From the NCBI GenBank assembly GCA_947085655.1, contig CAMTXH010000019.1, positions 3,827 to 67,826 of the forward strand: 64,000 bases of DNA, in the 5' to 3' direction. Positions 60,285 through 64,000 of the stretch are shown piece by piece (positions within the stretch are counted from its first letter, which is position 1; each line of letters starts with the position of its first letter). The notes beneath the pieces were generated by a model. It did no database searches. It was not told the DNA's origin and saw only the letters and a list, made by a program, of their open reading frames with translations. Origin of the DNA: an uncultured Omnitrophica bacterium (GTDB lineage Bacteria > Omnitrophota > Gorgyraeia > JACQQV01). A program made the position numbers and the translations under genes.

Positions 60285-60312
60285 AAGCGCGCTTGAACGG
60301 TGCGCTTTTTTG
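60285..60312 (+). terminator. intrinsic terminator after the giant-protein cluster
   Basis: AAGCGC-GCTTGAACGGT-GCGCTT stem followed by TTTTTT. Confidence 0.65.
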
Positions 60313-60334
60313 TGTTAAAATAATTAATTAATTT

Positions 60335-61423
60335 ATGGAGGTTATTGTGGCACACAAAGTTACGTTAATCCCCGGGGACGGGATCGGGCCTGAAATCGCG
60401 GAAGTTACCCGTCGCTGCATTGAAGCAACCGGGGCGGCGATCGAATGGGATGTTCAGGAAGCGGGGGAAGAGGTGATGCAGAAAACCGGAACCCCCCTTC
60501 CGGATCAGGTCATTGAGGCGATCAAAAAAAGCAAAGCAGCGATCAAAGCGCCCATTACGACCCCTGTCGGGACCGGGTTCCGGAGTGTCAATGTCGCTCT
60601 CCGGAAAGCGCTTGACCTTTACGCCTGTGTCCGCCCCTGCAAATCCTACGAAGGGATTCGAAGTCCGTACAAAAATATCGATCTGGTGGTGATCCGCGAG
60701 AACACCGAAGACCTTTATGCGGGGATCGAATTCCAAAAAGGAAAAGCAGAGACAAAAGAGCTGATTCAGTGGCTTTCCAAACATAACGGACAAGTCCGGG
60801 AAGATTCCGGGATCAGTATCAAACCGATTTCGGTGAGCGGGACCGAGCGAATCGTCAAATTCGCCTTTGAGTATGCGAAGCAAAACAAAAGGAAGAAAGT
60901 AACCGCCGTCCATAAGGCGAACATCATGAAGTTTTCGGACGGGCTCTTTCTGGAGGTGGCGCGGGAGGTCGCGAAAAAGTACCCGGAGATCGAATTCGAG
61001 GATCGGATCGTGGACAATATGACAATGCAACTCGTCCAGAAGCCCCAGCTCTATGACGTTTTGGTCCTTCCGAATCTTTACGGCGATATTCTCTCGGACC
61101 TTTGTGCGGGGCTTGTCGGAGGATTGGGGGTTGCCCCGGGGGCGAATATCGGGGAAAAGAACGCCCTGTTCGAAGCCACGCACGGAAGCGCCCCAAAGTA
61201 TAAGGGACTCAATAAAGCGAATCCGACCGCGCTCCTCCTTTCAGGCGTTTTGATGCTTCGATACCTCGGAGAAAAGGAGCGTGCCGACCGTCTTGAGCAG
61301 GCGATTGCAGATGTGATCCGGGAAGGAAAAGATGTCACGTATGACCTTAAGAAAGATCGGGATGACCCGACAGCGGTCGGAACGCGGGAGATGGGGGATG
61401 CCATTATCCGGAGACTGAAATGA
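60335..61423 (+). CDS. icd: isocitrate dehydrogenase (NAD(P)-dependent; isocitrate/isopropylmalate DH family)
   Basis: 362 aa; [20 protein letters not shown]. The GTG at 60347 downstream of a GGAGG SD is the likelier start. Confidence 0.9.
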   Translation: MEVIVAHKVTLIPGDGIGPEIAEVTRRCIEATGAAIEWDVQEAGEEVMQKTGTPLPDQVIEAIKKSKAAIKAPITTPVGTGFRSVNVALRKALDLYACVRPCKSYEGIRSPYKNIDLVVIRENTEDLYAGIEFQKGKAETKELIQWLSKHNGQVREDSGISIKPISVSGTERIVKFAFEYAKQNKRKKVTAVHKANIMKFSDGLFLEVAREVAKKYPEIEFEDRIVDNMTMQLVQKPQLYDVLVLPNLYGDILSDLCAGLVGGLGVAPGANIGEKNALFEATHGSAPKYKGLNKANPTALLLSGVLMLRYLGEKERADRLEQAIADVIREGKDVTYDLKKDRDDPTAVGTREMGDAIIRRLK

Positions 61424-62373
61424 ACCGGCCGAAAGTGGGTGTGATTGGAGCAGGGCAAGTCGGAGCCACGGTCGCCCAGAGAATTGTGGAAATGGATCTG
61501 GCGGATGTGGTCTTGACCGACATCGTGGAGGGGTTGCCGCAGGGGAAGGCCCTTGACCTGATGGAGGCGGCTCCCTTGAAAGGACACGATGCCAAGATCA
61601 CCGGCACCAACGACTATGCCGACATCAAAGATTCGGATCTGGTGGTCGTGACCGCCGGCATCGCCCGGAAGCCCGGCATGGACCGGATGGACCTCTTGAA
61701 GACAAACGCCAAAATCATTCAGGAGGTTTCCGGGAAAATTGCCCAATACGCCCCGAAGGCGATCCTGATCATGGTAACGAATCCGTTGGATGTGATGACA
61801 ACCTTGGCGCATCAAGTGACACAATTTCCGAAAGAGCGGATTCTGGGGATGGCGGGTGTCCTTGACAGCGCCCGTTTACGCTATTTTGTCGCCGAAAAAC
61901 TCAACGTCAGCGTGAAAAAAATAGAGGCGATCGTCCTCGGAGGGCACGGAGACGAAATGATTCCCCTTCAGCGGTATGCCAAGGTGAACGGGAAGCTGCT
62001 CACCGAACTTTTAAAGGGGGAGGAGATCGAAGCGCTCGTTAAACGGACCCGCCACGGCGGCGCAGAAATTGTCGATCTCCTCAAAAAGGGAAGCGCCTAT
62101 TACGCCCCCGGAGCTTCCGTCGTCGAGATGGTCCGGATGATCCTCCGCGATGAAAAGGAAATCCTGCCTTGTTCCGCGCTCCTCGAAGGGGAGTACGGCA
62201 TTCAGGGAATTTTTTGCGGCGTCCCCTGCCGGTTGGGACGCAGCGGCATTCTTGAGATTGTTGAACTGAAGCTTACCGACGAGGAAAAGAAGGCCCTTTT
62301 GCGCTCCGCCGAAAACGTCCGGAAAGGCGTTCAGGAACTCTCTTCGGTTCTCTCTCCAACTATTCCTTCATGA
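61420..62373 (+). CDS. mdh: malate dehydrogenase (LDH-like MDH family)
   Basis: 317 aa; [15 protein letters not shown]; LDSARLRYF; [12 protein letters not shown]. Confidence 0.9.
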   Translation: MNRPKVGVIGAGQVGATVAQRIVEMDLADVVLTDIVEGLPQGKALDLMEAAPLKGHDAKITGTNDYADIKDSDLVVVTAGIARKPGMDRMDLLKTNAKIIQEVSGKIAQYAPKAILIMVTNPLDVMTTLAHQVTQFPKERILGMAGVLDSARLRYFVAEKLNVSVKKIEAIVLGGHGDEMIPLQRYAKVNGKLLTELLKGEEIEALVKRTRHGGAEIVDLLKKGSAYYAPGASVVEMVRMILRDEKEILPCSALLEGEYGIQGIFCGVPCRLGRSGILEIVELKLTDEEKKALLRSAENVRKGVQELSSVLSPTIPS

Positions 62374-63533
62374 AACTCCACGAATTTCAGGCGAAATCAA
62401 TCCTTGCCTCTTATGGTGTCCCGACGCCGAAAGGGGCGGTTGCGGCGGCCCCGAAAGAGACAGATCAGCTCTTTGAGCGATTCGGAAGGCAGCCCCTTGT
62501 GTTGAAAGCGCAGGTCTTAGCCGGCGGCCGGGGCAAGGGGGGAGGCGTCAAGGTGATTGATTCAAAGGAGTCGTTGACGTCGGCCGCCCAGGAGTTGATC
62601 GGAAAGCGGCTTGTGACGCCTCAAACCGGCCCGGACGGAGTGTTGGTCCGGCGGATTCTCGTCGAGCAGAAAACCGACATCAAACAGGAATTTTATCTCG
62701 GCATTGTCATCGATCGGACAATTTCGCTTCCCGTCATTTTGGTCAGTGCCGCCGGCGGCATGGACATCGAAGAAATCGCCAAAAAAGACCCTTCCGCCAT
62801 CTTCAAGGAAGCGGCCGAACCGGTCAAAGGTCCGGACCCGCTTCAGTCCGAAAGGATGGCGCGGCATCTCGGCCTTGCCCCCTCGTTGGACAACGCTTTT
62901 CACTCGATCCTTTCCACCTTATATAAGATCTTTTTCCAGAAGGACCTTTCCCTCCTTGAAATTAACCCCTTCGTCCTGACAAAAGACAATCAACTCTGCG
63001 CGCTGGACTGCAAGATGTCGGTGGATGACAATGCCCTCTACCGCCATCCGGAACTTGCCTCCTTGAGGGACCGGGACGAGGAAGACCCGAAAGAACTTCT
63101 GGCCCAGGAGGTCGGAATCAGTTACATCTCACTCGACGGAAATATCGGGTGTCTGGTAAACGGCGCGGGACTCGCCATGGCCACGATGGATGTCATCAAA
63201 CTTTACGGGGGGAACCCGGCCAATTTTCTGGATGTTGGAGGGGGGGCGAATGTGGATCAGGTCCGGGAGGCCTTCAAGATTTTACTTTCGGACAAAAAGA
63301 TCCGGGCGGTCCTCGTCAATATCTTCGGCGGCATCATGAAGTGCGATGTGATTGCTCACGGGATCCTTTCGGCGCTCAAGGAAGTCCGGCTGACCGTTCC
63401 TCTGGTGGTCCGGCTGGAAGGGACTAACGTGGAACTCGGCAAAAAGATTATTGCGGAATCGGGGTTGTCCATCATTTCTGCGGATACGATGGACGATGCA
63501 GCACAGAAGGTGGTCGCCGTTGCTCATTCATGA
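62370..63533 (+). CDS. sucC: succinate--CoA ligase (ADP-forming) subunit beta
   Basis: 387 aa; [22 protein letters not shown]; ATP-grasp plus CoA-ligase domain. Confidence 0.95.
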   Translation: MKLHEFQAKSILASYGVPTPKGAVAAAPKETDQLFERFGRQPLVLKAQVLAGGRGKGGGVKVIDSKESLTSAAQELIGKRLVTPQTGPDGVLVRRILVEQKTDIKQEFYLGIVIDRTISLPVILVSAAGGMDIEEIAKKDPSAIFKEAAEPVKGPDPLQSERMARHLGLAPSLDNAFHSILSTLYKIFFQKDLSLLEINPFVLTKDNQLCALDCKMSVDDNALYRHPELASLRDRDEEDPKELLAQEVGISYISLDGNIGCLVNGAGLAMATMDVIKLYGGNPANFLDVGGGANVDQVREAFKILLSDKKIRAVLVNIFGGIMKCDVIAHGILSALKEVRLTVPLVVRLEGTNVELGKKIIAESGLSIISADTMDDAAQKVVAVAHS

Positions 63534-63543
63534 CACCTTGACT

Positions 63544-64000
63544 ATGGAAAAACTTTCAATGCCCCAGCGCGCCGCATCTTCTTTCTTGAGGCGCTTTCCG
63601 GCGTTATGGCGGTATCCCCTCCTTTGGCTGGGGAAAGATTCTGTCACGCACCCCCCCTCTGTCATCCGCATCGAAAATACGAATTATTGTAACGCCTCAT
63701 GCGACTATTGCCCTCGGCGTTCGATGGGGAGGCCATCGGGATTCATGGACTTTGATTTGTTCCGGAAGATTATCAGGGACTGCGTGGTCTCCCGCGTCCC
63801 TCTTGTGGATATTCATGGCTATGGAGAACCTCTCCTCGATGGACGCCTTGCGGAGAGGATCCGTTACATTAAATCCCATTCTCCGTGCTGGGTTACGGTC
63901 ACCACCAACGGATCCCTGTTGACGGGGCCGAAGGGAGCTGAACTGATTTCCGCAGGACTGGATTACCTTGTTGTGAGTTTGGACCCGGGAAATACTGCGC
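63544..64000 (+). CDS. radical SAM protein, N-terminal part (runs off window end)
   Basis: Manual translation: MEKLSMPQRAASSFLRRFPALWRYPLLWLGKDSVTHPPSVIRIENTNYCNASCDYCP.... The CNASCDYC segment is the canonical CxxxCxxC radical-SAM cluster motif. Not in the track because there is no stop before the window end. Confidence 0.7.
   Translation, partial: MEKLSMPQRAASSFLRRFPALWRYPLLWLGKDSVTHPPSVIRIENTNYCNASCDYCPRRSMGRPSGFMDFDLFRKIIRDCVVSRVPLVDIHGYGEPLLDGRLAERIRYIKSHSPCWVTVTTNGSLLTGPKGAELISAGLDYLVVSLDPGNTA

Overview
This 64-kb window spans a bacterial chromosomal replication-origin region; the lineage is unknown and the sequence is fairly GC-rich by eye. Gene orientation flips at about 17.2-17.5 kb. 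Everything to the left is on the minus strand: pheS (partial), rplT, rpmI, infC, thrS, a membrane sulfatase-family gene, tRNA-Val/Leu/Cys, coaB/coaC (split), rpoZ, gmk, remA, yicC, pckG, ndk, parB, parA, mnmG, yidC, yidD, rnpA, rpmH. Everything to the right is on the plus strand: dnaA, dnaN, a DciA-like DUF721 gene, gyrB (with an intein), gyrA, tRNA-Glu, rsmI, then a complete pyr operon (pyrR-pyrB-pyrC-[LolA-like]-carA-[Mut7-C]-[PHP]-carB-pyrK-pyrD-pyrF-pyrE) with a recognisable PyrR-binding attenuator. After that come tRNA-Val/Asp, htpX and an hscB-like gene. The most striking region is 42.7-60.3 kb. It holds four co-directional, overlapping genes (1436, 324, 1795 and 2059 aa) that all begin with signal-peptide-like segments followed by a shared short motif. 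The three giants are mosaics of domains resembling cytoplasmic sugar-phosphate and central-metabolism enzymes: fructose-1,6-bisphosphate aldolase/phosphatase; a GlmS-like amidotransferase+SIS unit that lacks the catalytic N-terminal Cys; and cupin + D-2-hydroxyacid dehydrogenase + MOFRL glycerate kinase + SAM-methyltransferase. The cluster is followed by icd-mdh-sucC and a partial radical-SAM gene. Other notable items: a roughly 100-140-nt palindromic repeat element present twice, a duplicated tRNA-Glu 3' end flanking a 206-bp repeat-rich insert, an HNH-type intein in gyrB, a 7-mer x4 tandem repeat inside pyrK, and a perfect 87-bp tandem duplication inside the first giant gene. All domain calls are from motif recognition by eye; no searches were run. 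Self-derived coordinates may be off by 1-2 nt.
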